DNA from: an uncultured archaeon
GTDB taxonomy: Archaea; Asgardarchaeota; Thorarchaeia; Thorarchaeales; Thorarchaeaceae
DNA length: 64,000 bases
NCBI GenBank assembly: GCA_964558645.1
Contig: CAZLEV010000002.1
Location: 160,001 to 224,000 of the forward strand
Direction: 5' to 3'
A program made the position numbers and the translations under genes. The stretch's first letter is position 1. Every line of letters starts with the position of its first letter. This document shows positions 9,356 through 18,123 of the stretch, piece after piece. The notes below the pieces were generated by a model, which saw only the letters and a list, made by a program, of their open reading frames with translations, did not search any database and was not told the origin of the DNA.

Positions 9356-10756
9356 CTAGATTTCCGTATTTGCATCGAGTTCAATGGCATATAACCCATC
9401 CTCAGAACGGGCAACCCTCATTTTGTTGTCCCTCAACCTGCTCTTGCCCATGATGGCACGAACGACATTCTTGGTTTCCCATAACGACTTGTAATGAGTT
9501 ACCTGGTCCCGGGCGGCTGAAGCAGAAAGAGATGGTGGCTCGGCGGTCGTCCGACGCCGACTAAGTACTGAGCTATTCTTCACTTCTATGAAGAGCGATG
9601 TTCCATTAGCAGTTGCAACAAGATCGACCTTCCCCCCGAGTACGGCTTGTTCCGACAGAAGCTCTGCAACTCCACCCACACCTAGATGAGTAGCGAGTTC
9701 GTCCCAAGTAGTTTCGATGCACTTCTTCGAAAAGGCTTGGAGATACAGCTCTGACCTGTTTATTCTGCGGTCCGGGTTTCTTCGTCCGGTTAGTACATCT
9801 TCGAGGATAGCCACCGGCTCTGCATTCATCCGCTGTTCGCAGGTGATGAACCATGGCAGAGCATCGACCCGCCGCCGACCTGTTTCAAACTGATTATAAC
9901 CAAAGACACGTTCAACATTCTCAAGTGGAACCTGAAAGTGCGACTTGCCGAATTGCATGCGAGATACTAGATTTGCACCCAAACGAGAGTACTCGTTCTT
10001 GAAGATGAACAAGCCACTCTTCTCCGTTTTCTTGATTCTCTTCAATCTCAGGCGGTAGGGAAAATAGTGATTGCCGCGGTTTCTACCCTTCTTTACTGCC
10101 TTCCATTTCGTATCCCCGCAGACTGGAACAGGGTCGTATTCTTCATTGCCCACGGCTATACCCTTCGCATATTCTCTGGGGATATACTTCTTTACGACTC
10201 TATACAAATCATACAGGCGAAAAGAGTGATAGAATGAGTAGTAGTCGCCCTCATCAATGTCGAGGAAGGCCCAGCGTCCGTGCGCCCCTTCCGGAAATCC
10301 CGCAGTTTCATGCTCTATAGAGATCATCAAGTTCTCGAGTGTGGCCATCAGATGGATGTAGAACTTGGGTCTTAGATAGAACTCACGAGGGATGTGTATG
10401 CTGAATTCATCAATAATAGGGAAAACCTCAGTTGGCGATTCTTGACCGACAACCACCGGGGGTATCTTCCTCGTTCTCAGTTTGACTGGACCTCGAGCCG
10501 TTCGCGCAGAGAATGGTTTTTTTCTGTCGTCCCTCAGTTTATAGTATCCATTGCCTTTCATTTCGAACACGGTGGGTTTTCTGGACATCTCGGTACGTAG
10601 AGATGCCCAAGGGGTCTTCCGTGACATCGGATTCGGGGGAGGTATAAGCCCCTTTTCCACAGCAAGGCTGGTGATTGTCTGGTAGTGAAGGGCTTCACCC
10701 GCCTCCTCAAGAATCTGCTTCGCTGCTTTCCACTTAGGAATGTACTTCGCACTCAT
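9356..10756 (-). CDS. HARE-HTH + EVE/PUA-like + PD-(D/E)XK nuclease; putative modification-dependent restriction enzyme
   Basis: N-terminal AAKQILEEAGEALHYQTITSLAVEKGL..KTPWASL (HARE-HTH); middle ENLMISIEH..GF..IDEGDYYSFYH..YFPYRLRLKRI (EVE-like); C-terminal GKVDLVA..LFIEVK..RDQVTHY. Start MSAKY at 10756 preferred over 10789. Confidence 0.75.
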   Translation of the reverse strand: MSAKYIPKWKAAKQILEEAGEALHYQTITSLAVEKGLIPPPNPMSRKTPWASLRTEMSRKPTVFEMKGNGYYKLRDDRKKPFSARTARGPVKLRTRKIPPVVVGQESPTEVFPIIDEFSIHIPREFYLRPKFYIHLMATLENLMISIEHETAGFPEGAHGRWAFLDIDEGDYYSFYHSFRLYDLYRVVKKYIPREYAKGIAVGNEEYDPVPVCGDTKWKAVKKGRNRGNHYFPYRLRLKRIKKTEKSGLFIFKNEYSRLGANLVSRMQFGKSHFQVPLENVERVFGYNQFETGRRRVDALPWFITCEQRMNAEPVAILEDVLTGRRNPDRRINRSELYLQAFSKKCIETTWDELATHLGVGGVAELLSEQAVLGGKVDLVATANGTSLFIEVKNSSVLSRRRTTAEPPSLSASAARDQVTHYKSLWETKNVVRAIMGKSRLRDNKMRVARSEDGLYAIELDANTEI

Positions 10757-10883
10757 TGATATACCCAACTCCAAAGATTGAACATGCACGCTTATGGGAT
10801 GGGCAGCTAATATGTGTACTTGATGCTTGGTTGGTAGCCATAGTTCGCTCGGTTGTTCCGAGTGAAATCATCAAAAGAGAATC

Positions 10884-11990
10884 ATGGGAGTATATCTTGA
10901 GGACAGGGTCATCGTGAATGCAGTGAGGGCAGTTCCAAACACCAAAGGGTTCGTGGAAAGCCTCTCATACTTTTCGATAGAGAACATCCTTGTCGACGTG
11001 TTCCTCAGATCCTATCCCCTTGACACTGACGTGCCAAAGGGCCTTCTGGATAAGATTCGGTGTATAAGAATCATCCAGATATCTGAGGATACTCTGACCG
11101 TGGGCCCCAAAAAACCGTTCGTCACCGCCATCATTCCATTCGATGAGATTGCCGCCATCACGGTTTCATCTGAAACGACTCGTCCGGATGAGGACGAAAT
11201 CGACGAGCGCATTGAGGCAGAGTGTCCCGCCTGGGAGAGAGAGTTCGCCGCGGAGATTGGGTCAAAGAGGAGAAAGATGATGAAGAGAAACAAGTCAGAT
11301 GCCATCCAGAGTCTGCATCCCGCTGAGTTCTGGGACTGTGTCAAGTCAGAAGAGTACGCCGTTGTCGATGTCTATGCTCCGTGGTGTCAACCGTGCAAGG
11401 AGGTGGAGGTTGTCCTGCAAGAGCTCGCCGAGAATCACGGAAACCGGGCGATCTTTGCCAGACTCGACGGTGATGAAGACGACAAGTTGACCGAGGAGCT
11501 GAACATCAGCGCGTATCCCACCGTTCTCCTGTTCCAGAACGGACAAATTGAGAGAACCATCGAAGGCGCGAGAAGCTTCGAGCGATACGAGAGGGAGATC
11601 GAGATACTGCTCGGCCTCCGCAAGAGGGAGGAACTCCGGAACGAGAGAGCCGATGGGAGTGTGAGCATCCTCTCCTCCGAGACCCTGATGGACTATGTTG
11701 ATGATTCGATGGCCTCTGTCATCATGTTCTTCGAGCGAGGGGACTACGAGTGTCAGTTGCAGTCCCGCGTGATGCGAGAGCTTGCTCAGGAGTATAGGGG
11801 GCGCGTCCTGTTTGCCAAGGCAGATGTGGATGCAGAGAAGGAGCTGGCCGAGCTATTCGAAGTTGAGGGAACTCCAGAGCTGTATTTCGTCCTCGATGGC
11901 GAGGTCGTTGCCTATGTTGATGGACGCATGACAAGAGGCGATCTTCGTCAGGAGTTGAACGAATTGCTCAAGGAAGCAGGATTGTCGTAG
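10884..11990 (+). CDS. Tandem thioredoxin-domain protein with uncharacterised N-terminal domain
   Basis: YAPWCQPC active site and cis-Pro AYPT in the first domain; second Trx-like domain has DYECQ (single Cys) and GTPEL. Confidence 0.88.
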   Translation: MGVYLEDRVIVNAVRAVPNTKGFVESLSYFSIENILVDVFLRSYPLDTDVPKGLLDKIRCIRIIQISEDTLTVGPKKPFVTAIIPFDEIAAITVSSETTRPDEDEIDERIEAECPAWEREFAAEIGSKRRKMMKRNKSDAIQSLHPAEFWDCVKSEEYAVVDVYAPWCQPCKEVEVVLQELAENHGNRAIFARLDGDEDDKLTEELNISAYPTVLLFQNGQIERTIEGARSFERYEREIEILLGLRKREELRNERADGSVSILSSETLMDYVDDSMASVIMFFERGDYECQLQSRVMRELAQEYRGRVLFAKADVDAEKELAELFEVEGTPELYFVLDGEVVAYVDGRMTRGDLRQELNELLKEAGLS

Positions 11991-12087
11991 CAGGGAAGGC
12001 AGACTGCTCTCCGGCATTTCTCGGGACAAGACTGATAAGAAGTGAAGAGGTTCATCCTGTGGATACATTCTATCGTGGTGGGTTTCT

Positions 12088-14880
12088 ATGAATCTCGAGA
12101 GACTGAGGGTATACGGTTATGCTGTCCTAATCAACAAGTTCGAGGCGGAGTTCAGAGAGTTTCTCTCAAACGATGTTCTTGCACTGAAGTACGGCCATCT
12201 GTGGCAGCAGGGGGTACCGAAAGGGATTGTGCAGATGGCTCGCGACCTTGCAGAAGTGAACAGATTTGAAGACCCGATGGACTTGCTGGATTACGTAGGA
12301 TTCCCCCATCTCAAAGAGATAGCAGCATACAGAAACAACTACACATCTTGTGACAGCTTTCTGGGAGAACTCTCGAAATCGGAGTTCACACGAGTCATGG
12401 ATGAGCTAGCCAAGCTAAGAAACAAAATAGCGCACGTGCGTCGGGCGTTTTCTCTTCTGGATTTTGACCGCCTCTTGGAACTTGTCGGCGTTCTATGCCA
12501 AGGGTATGCTGCCGCGGAAGTACGGGACTACGTCAGACTTGAGAGATACTGCGAGTTCGAAGATATACCACCCGGATTTGTCGTTGAGGAACAAGACTTC
12601 TCAATAACGTCGAATCTGCCCCCTGAGGAATACCATCTTGAGGGAGGATTCGTCGGAAGAAAAGAAGACAAGAAAAGGCTTGAAGAAGTACTCTTCTCCG
12701 ATTTGGATCGGGTCATTACTCTGACAGGAAGCGGTGGAGTAGGAAAGACTGCTCTCGCCCTCAACGTTGCATACAGTATCTGTGATGCCAAGGACTGTCC
12801 ATTCACGGCGATTGTCTGGTTTAGCGCCAAGACATCTAGGCTTACTCCAAAAGGAATAAGCGAACAAGCACCTGAAATACAGAACTTCGAGGAGTTTGTT
12901 AGAAGGGTTGTCAGCATACTGATTCCAAGTGCATCGGACATAATCGCTTCCGACGTTCCTCTTGAGAAGCTTGTACAACACCTAACAGACTATCTCTCAG
13001 AGAATCCTACATTATTGATTATCGATAATCTCGAAACAATTATGGAGGATCATGACCTTGTCAAGTTCCTCAAGGATGTGCCACGACCATCGAAGGCTCT
13101 AATCACAAGCAGAAGAGGATTAGGAGAAGTAGAGAGACGTATTTTTCTGGATGCTCTGTCAGAAGCGGACGCGATTCGGCTGTTCCGCTTGATTTGCAGA
13201 GACAAGGGTTTGAAGGCCTACCGTGAACTGCCAAACAAGCAGATTGCGGACCTCGTGGAAAGGGTCCAGAGATATCCACTCGCAATAAAGTGGTCTCTAG
13301 GAAAGGCTGCATTGGGCAAAGACGTCAATGAGGCATTTGAACTGCCTCTGAAGGGTACAAGCGATATTGCGAAATTCTGCTTTGAAGACATCTTTGGGAT
13401 GCTATCGACTGAAGCCAGGCATTGTCTCTACGGCATATCGATGTTTGATGAGCCGCCTTCAGGTACTCTTCTTAGGTATTTGATGGATCTCGATGATGAT
13501 GTTTTCGAGGATGCAATTCAAGAGCTAACCTTAGCTTCTTTTGTCTTCTATGACTCTCTCGAATCAGGTGACGGAGGAGTCACCACGGGATACGGGATCC
13601 TCTCTCTCACACAGGATTACGTTCAAGAGAAACTGAATCAAGAGGAAGAAGTACGAGTCAAATTAACAGACCGATTCTATAGGCTTAGGCAAATGGTGGA
13701 ACAAGAAGAGAAAGTGAGGTCACTCAGGTCATACTCGGTGTATAGTTTGGGTGCCAAGACTCCGGAGGATAGAGTCGCGGTCAACATGGTGAAAACGGCG
13801 AAAAGTCTGGCAAGTGACAGGAAATACTCTGAAGCGTCAGAACTATTCGAGAAGGCATTGGAGGTGGCCCCGACTCTAACATACGTCATTACAGAATATG
13901 CTAAGTATGAAGCGAGTAGAAGAAGATTCCGAGAGGCAGAAAGGCTTCTTGAGAGAGCTCTTGATGTGGAACCAACCAATTTCCACATATGGTATCAAGG
14001 GGGCATCCTGAAGAAACGGCAACATAAGCTTCAGGAAGCCAAAGGTATGCTGGAGAGAGGGCTTGAACTAAACCCAGACCACCCCAATCTTAGCATAGAA
14101 CTGGGCCGAGTCCTCACATTTCTGGAGGGTTTTGAGAATGCTGACACACTCTTTCGTCAGACTCTACAGAAAACGTCTCTAATCACAGGCAGACAAAAAG
14201 CAATACTGCTATCGCATCTGGCTGACAACTACCGACGATGGGGACAGGCTGAGAAACGACGGGGAAATCAAGATGAGGCAATTCGACTACTGAAAATGGG
14301 GTTGGAGCAGATTGACAAAGCCTTGAAGCTGTTGCCCGACAGAAGAACCGGTGATTCATGGAGGCGAGTTCATCAGGACTACGGCATTCTTCTCTGCCAG
14401 TGCGGCAAGATAGACGAGGGAGTCGCCCAGCTCGAAGCCGCCCTTCAGTCCATCAAGATTGGGGATAGAGAAATGCCTCTTGATCGTGAGTTCGAGGCCG
14501 GCACCTACTTCTATATTGCCGCCTACGAGATGAAAAGCAATAAGCCGAGACTCGACAGAGTACGAGCATTTGTTCAAAAGGGCCTATCTATTGTGCCGCA
14601 AAAGAGTAAATACAAGAAGAAACTTCAGAACCTGTCTGCAACTGCAAGGGAGGAGAAGGATCGCACAATAGGACGTATTCGCTTCTTCAATTCAAGAAGG
14701 GGCTACGGAATCATTGATACCTCAGATGAAACCTGTATATTCTATCCGTCTAGCTTTCGAGATTCTATCCAGAGTATTGCTCCTTCGTCCTTGAAGGGAA
14801 CACATGTTAGTTTTGTGGGAGAACCAACTAGAGAGTTCAGAGGAAAATGCCTAGCTTCAGATATTGTGATGGTGAGTTGA
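12088..14880 (+). CDS. NLR-like STAND protein: Swt1-like HEPN + NB-ARC + TPR + C-terminal cold-shock domain
   Basis: RNKIAH (RxxxxH) at 12418-12435; FVGR; Walker A GSGGVGKT at 12727-12750; Walker B LLIIDNLE; LITSR; YPLAI; TPR helices; GRIRFFNSRRGYGII (cold-shock RNP1). Confidence 0.88.
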   Translation: MNLERLRVYGYAVLINKFEAEFREFLSNDVLALKYGHLWQQGVPKGIVQMARDLAEVNRFEDPMDLLDYVGFPHLKEIAAYRNNYTSCDSFLGELSKSEFTRVMDELAKLRNKIAHVRRAFSLLDFDRLLELVGVLCQGYAAAEVRDYVRLERYCEFEDIPPGFVVEEQDFSITSNLPPEEYHLEGGFVGRKEDKKRLEEVLFSDLDRVITLTGSGGVGKTALALNVAYSICDAKDCPFTAIVWFSAKTSRLTPKGISEQAPEIQNFEEFVRRVVSILIPSASDIIASDVPLEKLVQHLTDYLSENPTLLIIDNLETIMEDHDLVKFLKDVPRPSKALITSRRGLGEVERRIFLDALSEADAIRLFRLICRDKGLKAYRELPNKQIADLVERVQRYPLAIKWSLGKAALGKDVNEAFELPLKGTSDIAKFCFEDIFGMLSTEARHCLYGISMFDEPPSGTLLRYLMDLDDDVFEDAIQELTLASFVFYDSLESGDGGVTTGYGILSLTQDYVQEKLNQEEEVRVKLTDRFYRLRQMVEQEEKVRSLRSYSVYSLGAKTPEDRVAVNMVKTAKSLASDRKYSEASELFEKALEVAPTLTYVITEYAKYEASRRRFREAERLLERALDVEPTNFHIWYQGGILKKRQHKLQEAKGMLERGLELNPDHPNLSIELGRVLTFLEGFENADTLFRQTLQKTSLITGRQKAILLSHLADNYRRWGQAEKRRGNQDEAIRLLKMGLEQIDKALKLLPDRRTGDSWRRVHQDYGILLCQCGKIDEGVAQLEAALQSIKIGDREMPLDREFEAGTYFYIAAYEMKSNKPRLDRVRAFVQKGLSIVPQKSKYKKKLQNLSATAREEKDRTIGRIRFFNSRRGYGIIDTSDETCIFYPSSFRDSIQSIAPSSLKGTHVSFVGEPTREFRGKCLASDIVMVS

Positions 14881-14942
14881 AGACCGGGGTCATCTATGCT
14901 GGATTCGGGCTACTGCCCGTAAACCGCTGACGGAACAACGTA

Positions 14943-16670
14943 CTACTCCTCGTCTTCTTCCGGCCATAGTATGCGGTAGTTGTAGTCGGACTCGCTCAGG
15001 TTCAGCTCTTTTCTGATACGCTTCAAGATGAGATTTGTGCGTTCTCGCAAGAAGCGCCGGTACTTTCGTAGGTCAAGTAGATCCCTTTCTATCAGCGCTC
15101 TTTTCATCTCGGATTCTACCACATCTGCGAAGTAGTCTTTCGGATGTGAGTCGCTTTTTTGCCGGTTCTTTGACCTCGCAAGAATCCAAAAATTCGCAAC
15201 ATGATTTATCTCGGACCACTCATATCTATCAGATAGAAGGGCTTTGGGAAATATGTGATCGATTTCAGGTGCGTTGCCCTGATATTTGAGACCAGTCAGG
15301 TTCCTACCTTGAATGAGATGATGAGTCAGGTAAGTGTTCTCTCCTAGCATATCAGCATCGAGCTCAGAGAACCTGTGGTAGTCGTATACCCACTTGACTC
15401 CTTCTCTCAGAGGGAATGTATAGTCATTCTGTTCGACTCGCGGTTGAATATGGTTTCTGATGAACTTCCAAGGTCGAGAGTCCGCGTATCGTGAGAAAGG
15501 AGAAACCCAACTGAAAAGATAGACAGACTTCTTCGCAGCCTCAACTTGACCTTGCGGTACCTGGTGATTCGGCGCGTGATAGAGATAGTAGATCAGAGGA
15601 ATCAGGTTGTTATTGCTCGATATGAGCTTCTCACTTCTCAGGTGGCATTCTTCTGTCACAAAATCCACTGCAGCCGATATGGCTGCTACACCCTCATCGA
15701 AGTTTCGCATAATCAGGTCGACATTTGATTTCTTCCGCAGACGGTCCAAATCGAATCTGGTCCCAAGACCAGAAACAGCGTAAAGACATCGAATCACAAA
15801 ATCGTTTGTGATATCCAGATAGTTGCCTTCATTTATGTCGCGTACAAAGTCAGGAAGACGCACAGCTGAGTCCCGCCACTGCAGCTTCAAGAGACTGAAT
15901 ATCAGATCGGACCGTGCCAGTGGAGTACCTTCTCGGTTCACCCTGAAGAAAGCCTCCAAGACATCTGACTCCGATTTCCTGCTCCGATCATCCTCCATTT
16001 TTCCTTCGTCAATGACTGACCATTTCAGGATGTATCCGTCCATTGCAATTGCATCAACGAGTCGCCCCATGTTGACACGGATTCTTAGACGCTCGTCCGG
16101 AGGTAATGAATAGTCCTCCGCAATCTTGTCTTCCAATGCCATTCGTCCTTGATGCCCCATTTTGATGATGTCTTTAACTCTGATGGAGTATTCCACCGAT
16201 TCCCAGTCAACATCATCTCCTTCCCCCTTGACATAGTCAAGGTTCTCGTTATTCCCTTCCTCCGCTTCATCTCGTTTCAAGAAGAAGAATTCATACTTCT
16301 CTTCTTTGAAGTCATCTCCATCGTAACCACTGAGAATGTTCAAGTAGAGCTGCCTTCCCTCATAGCTCCCGTTGAGTGCCAGATAGAGTGCCTGCAGCCG
16401 CTGTTGACCGTCCAACACTAGTTTCAGGTGTTTCTTGCGGGGATTATCCTCGAATATATGAGGGATATCAGGTTGATAGTCCTTCAGAAACTTCCTGTGG
16501 TCGATGTCTTTGAAAGTGTCCCACAGCAGGACGATACCTATAGGGTACCCACGCATCAGGGAATCAAACAACTTGGTAATCTTGTCTTCATCCCAAACGA
16601 AGTCTCTTTGAATTGCAGGTAGTACAATACTTCCGCGTTCAATCTCACCCAGCAACTGCATTATGGTCAT
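14943..16670 (-). CDS. gmrSD: GmrSD-family (DUF262 + DUF1524/HNH) type IV restriction endonuclease
   Basis: LPAIQRDFVW, LDGQQRL, FFRVNREG, EIDHIFPK..N..N. Likely start MTIMQLL at 16670 (ORF track extends to 16790). Confidence 0.9.
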   Translation of the reverse strand: MTIMQLLGEIERGSIVLPAIQRDFVWDEDKITKLFDSLMRGYPIGIVLLWDTFKDIDHRKFLKDYQPDIPHIFEDNPRKKHLKLVLDGQQRLQALYLALNGSYEGRQLYLNILSGYDGDDFKEEKYEFFFLKRDEAEEGNNENLDYVKGEGDDVDWESVEYSIRVKDIIKMGHQGRMALEDKIAEDYSLPPDERLRIRVNMGRLVDAIAMDGYILKWSVIDEGKMEDDRSRKSESDVLEAFFRVNREGTPLARSDLIFSLLKLQWRDSAVRLPDFVRDINEGNYLDITNDFVIRCLYAVSGLGTRFDLDRLRKKSNVDLIMRNFDEGVAAISAAVDFVTEECHLRSEKLISSNNNLIPLIYYLYHAPNHQVPQGQVEAAKKSVYLFSWVSPFSRYADSRPWKFIRNHIQPRVEQNDYTFPLREGVKWVYDYHRFSELDADMLGENTYLTHHLIQGRNLTGLKYQGNAPEIDHIFPKALLSDRYEWSEINHVANFWILARSKNRQKSDSHPKDYFADVVESEMKRALIERDLLDLRKYRRFLRERTNLILKRIRKELNLSESDYNYRILWPEEDEE

Positions 16671-16995
16671 TCGCGACCCTCCTATATCACAATCCGGAAC
16701 TGTACACAGGGTATACTGCTGTCCCATATAAATGGAGATGGTTCTCGACAGTTCTAATCGCAGATAGTGCCGCCCCGGGACATCTTCCATACCAACAAGC
16801 AGAACAGATGTCGGTTTCTGTCAGAGGGGACCTTATGGCTTTCCTCTCTCCTCTTTCTACAGATCTCTTGTCACAAAAGTGATTCGAATGATTTTCAGCG
16901 AATCTTCTATACAGTGGAACGAGGCATAGTTTCTCGTTTAACCGGAGATGGTCCACGGAAGCGCATGCCCGAAATCACATAGGTGGTGGGAGTGG

Positions 16996-17163
16996 ATGGG
17001 TAGGAAGGGACGCAGTCCCGATGGCCATAGGTCGGACTCAAAGAACTCAAACAACCCGGCGTATCAGGAAGCAGTGGACAACAGGGCAAACCAGCTGAAC
17101 CCGGAGCAGAAAGCATGTCGTTCGTCACGGAAATCGGAAGCGGACGACTCGGATGACGAGTGA
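16996..17163 (+). CDS. Small hydrophilic peptide with a degenerate NPxx repeat
   Basis: MGRKGRSPDGHRSDSKNSNNPAYQEAVDNRANQLNPEQKACRSSRK..., preceded by the SD-like AGGTGGTGGGAG. Confidence 0.55.
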   Translation: MGRKGRSPDGHRSDSKNSNNPAYQEAVDNRANQLNPEQKACRSSRKSEADDSDDE

Positions 17164-17376
17164 TTGGTTTGTGTCACAGGATGAATCGACTACACGTCAG
17201 ATCCTGGAGGGGGCATCATGGCCCCCTTTTTCCCCTTCTTAATGACCTATATCGAGCAATCCGACCTTCAGGGATATCAACGACTAAGAAGGGGAACTGG
17301 GTCACACGCCTCCCACCTCTTCCATACCAGAGTTCCCGCAAGGGCAAGAACTCATTAGCAAAGGCGAGCAATGTGT

Positions 17377-17393
17377 TGTGACGCATAGTCACG
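17377..17393. promoter_or_regulatory. Palindromic operator candidate (T)GTGAC-N5-GTCAC
   Basis: TGTGACGCATAGTCACG about 30 nt upstream of the ATG at 17424; conserved in copy 2. Confidence 0.55.
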
Positions 17394-17423
17394 TCGAGAA
17401 TGTAACGACGGAGGTTCAACAGC

Positions 17424-17738
17424 ATGGCGATAATCGTGGGTTATTTCCCACTCCTCACCTACATCATCTTGATTTTGACGGTCATATATCTCGTCTACAG
17501 GAAAAACTGGATAGAGGATGAAGGCAGTTTTCGAATGAAAGCACTCACCGTTCTTGGCATCATCATCGCGTGTTCACTCCTGAACACGATACTATTGACA
17601 GCCCCAATTCTCGATGGAACGGGGTTTGCCAGCAGCCTACCTGAACTCGTGATGTGGATATGGCCTGATCTCCTAGTACTTGTGGTCTTGGGTGCGGACA
17701 TCATCAGGACCGGCGGTTTCCGTATTTTAAGAGAGTAA
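17424..17738 (+). CDS. Small 3-TM membrane protein (paralog A)
   Basis: Hydrophobic 104 aa; about 78% identical to 22177..22488 by manual alignment. Confidence 0.8.
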   Translation: MAIIVGYFPLLTYIILILTVIYLVYRKNWIEDEGSFRMKALTVLGIIIACSLLNTILLTAPILDGTGFASSLPELVMWIWPDLLVLVVLGADIIRTGGFRILRE

Positions 17739-18123
17739 TGGCTCTACAACCGGGACGAGCTTGGTTATCAATGAGTGTCAGTTCCAAAGAATGGCACGCA
17801 AAAGAGATCGGATTTGAGTGCCTGCCTTTACCACCCTGAGGTGCCGGTTTCTTTCCCTCGATGAATCCTACAAGCATGAGCCAGTGAACAACCCTGCATC
17901 CCTCAACTCCGGGGTGTACCCATCATCTCTACCTAACTACCACTTCGAAAACTGTAGACTGATTAGTGATCTTCATCTCTCAGTCTGAATCTGTGGTTAT
18001 GAGATGGCATCTGAACCGAGATATTGGGAATCACGGAAAGGCCGAGTAGTTCAGACCTCTCCGTATGACTCCCACACTCGGGAATTCGGCCTCTGAAGCG
18101 TCACGTACTGCACACTGACAAGA

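Larger units (their letters stand above)
17251..17797 (+). repeat. Diverged direct repeat, copy 1 (leader + small membrane gene + trailer)
   Basis: Aligns by eye with 22005-22547, including non-coding flanks. Confidence 0.9.

Noticed and set aside
16671-16790. N-terminal extension of GmrSD in the ORF track
   Set aside because: DUF262 similarity begins at MTIMQLL, which has a GGAGGG SD-like site just upstream.
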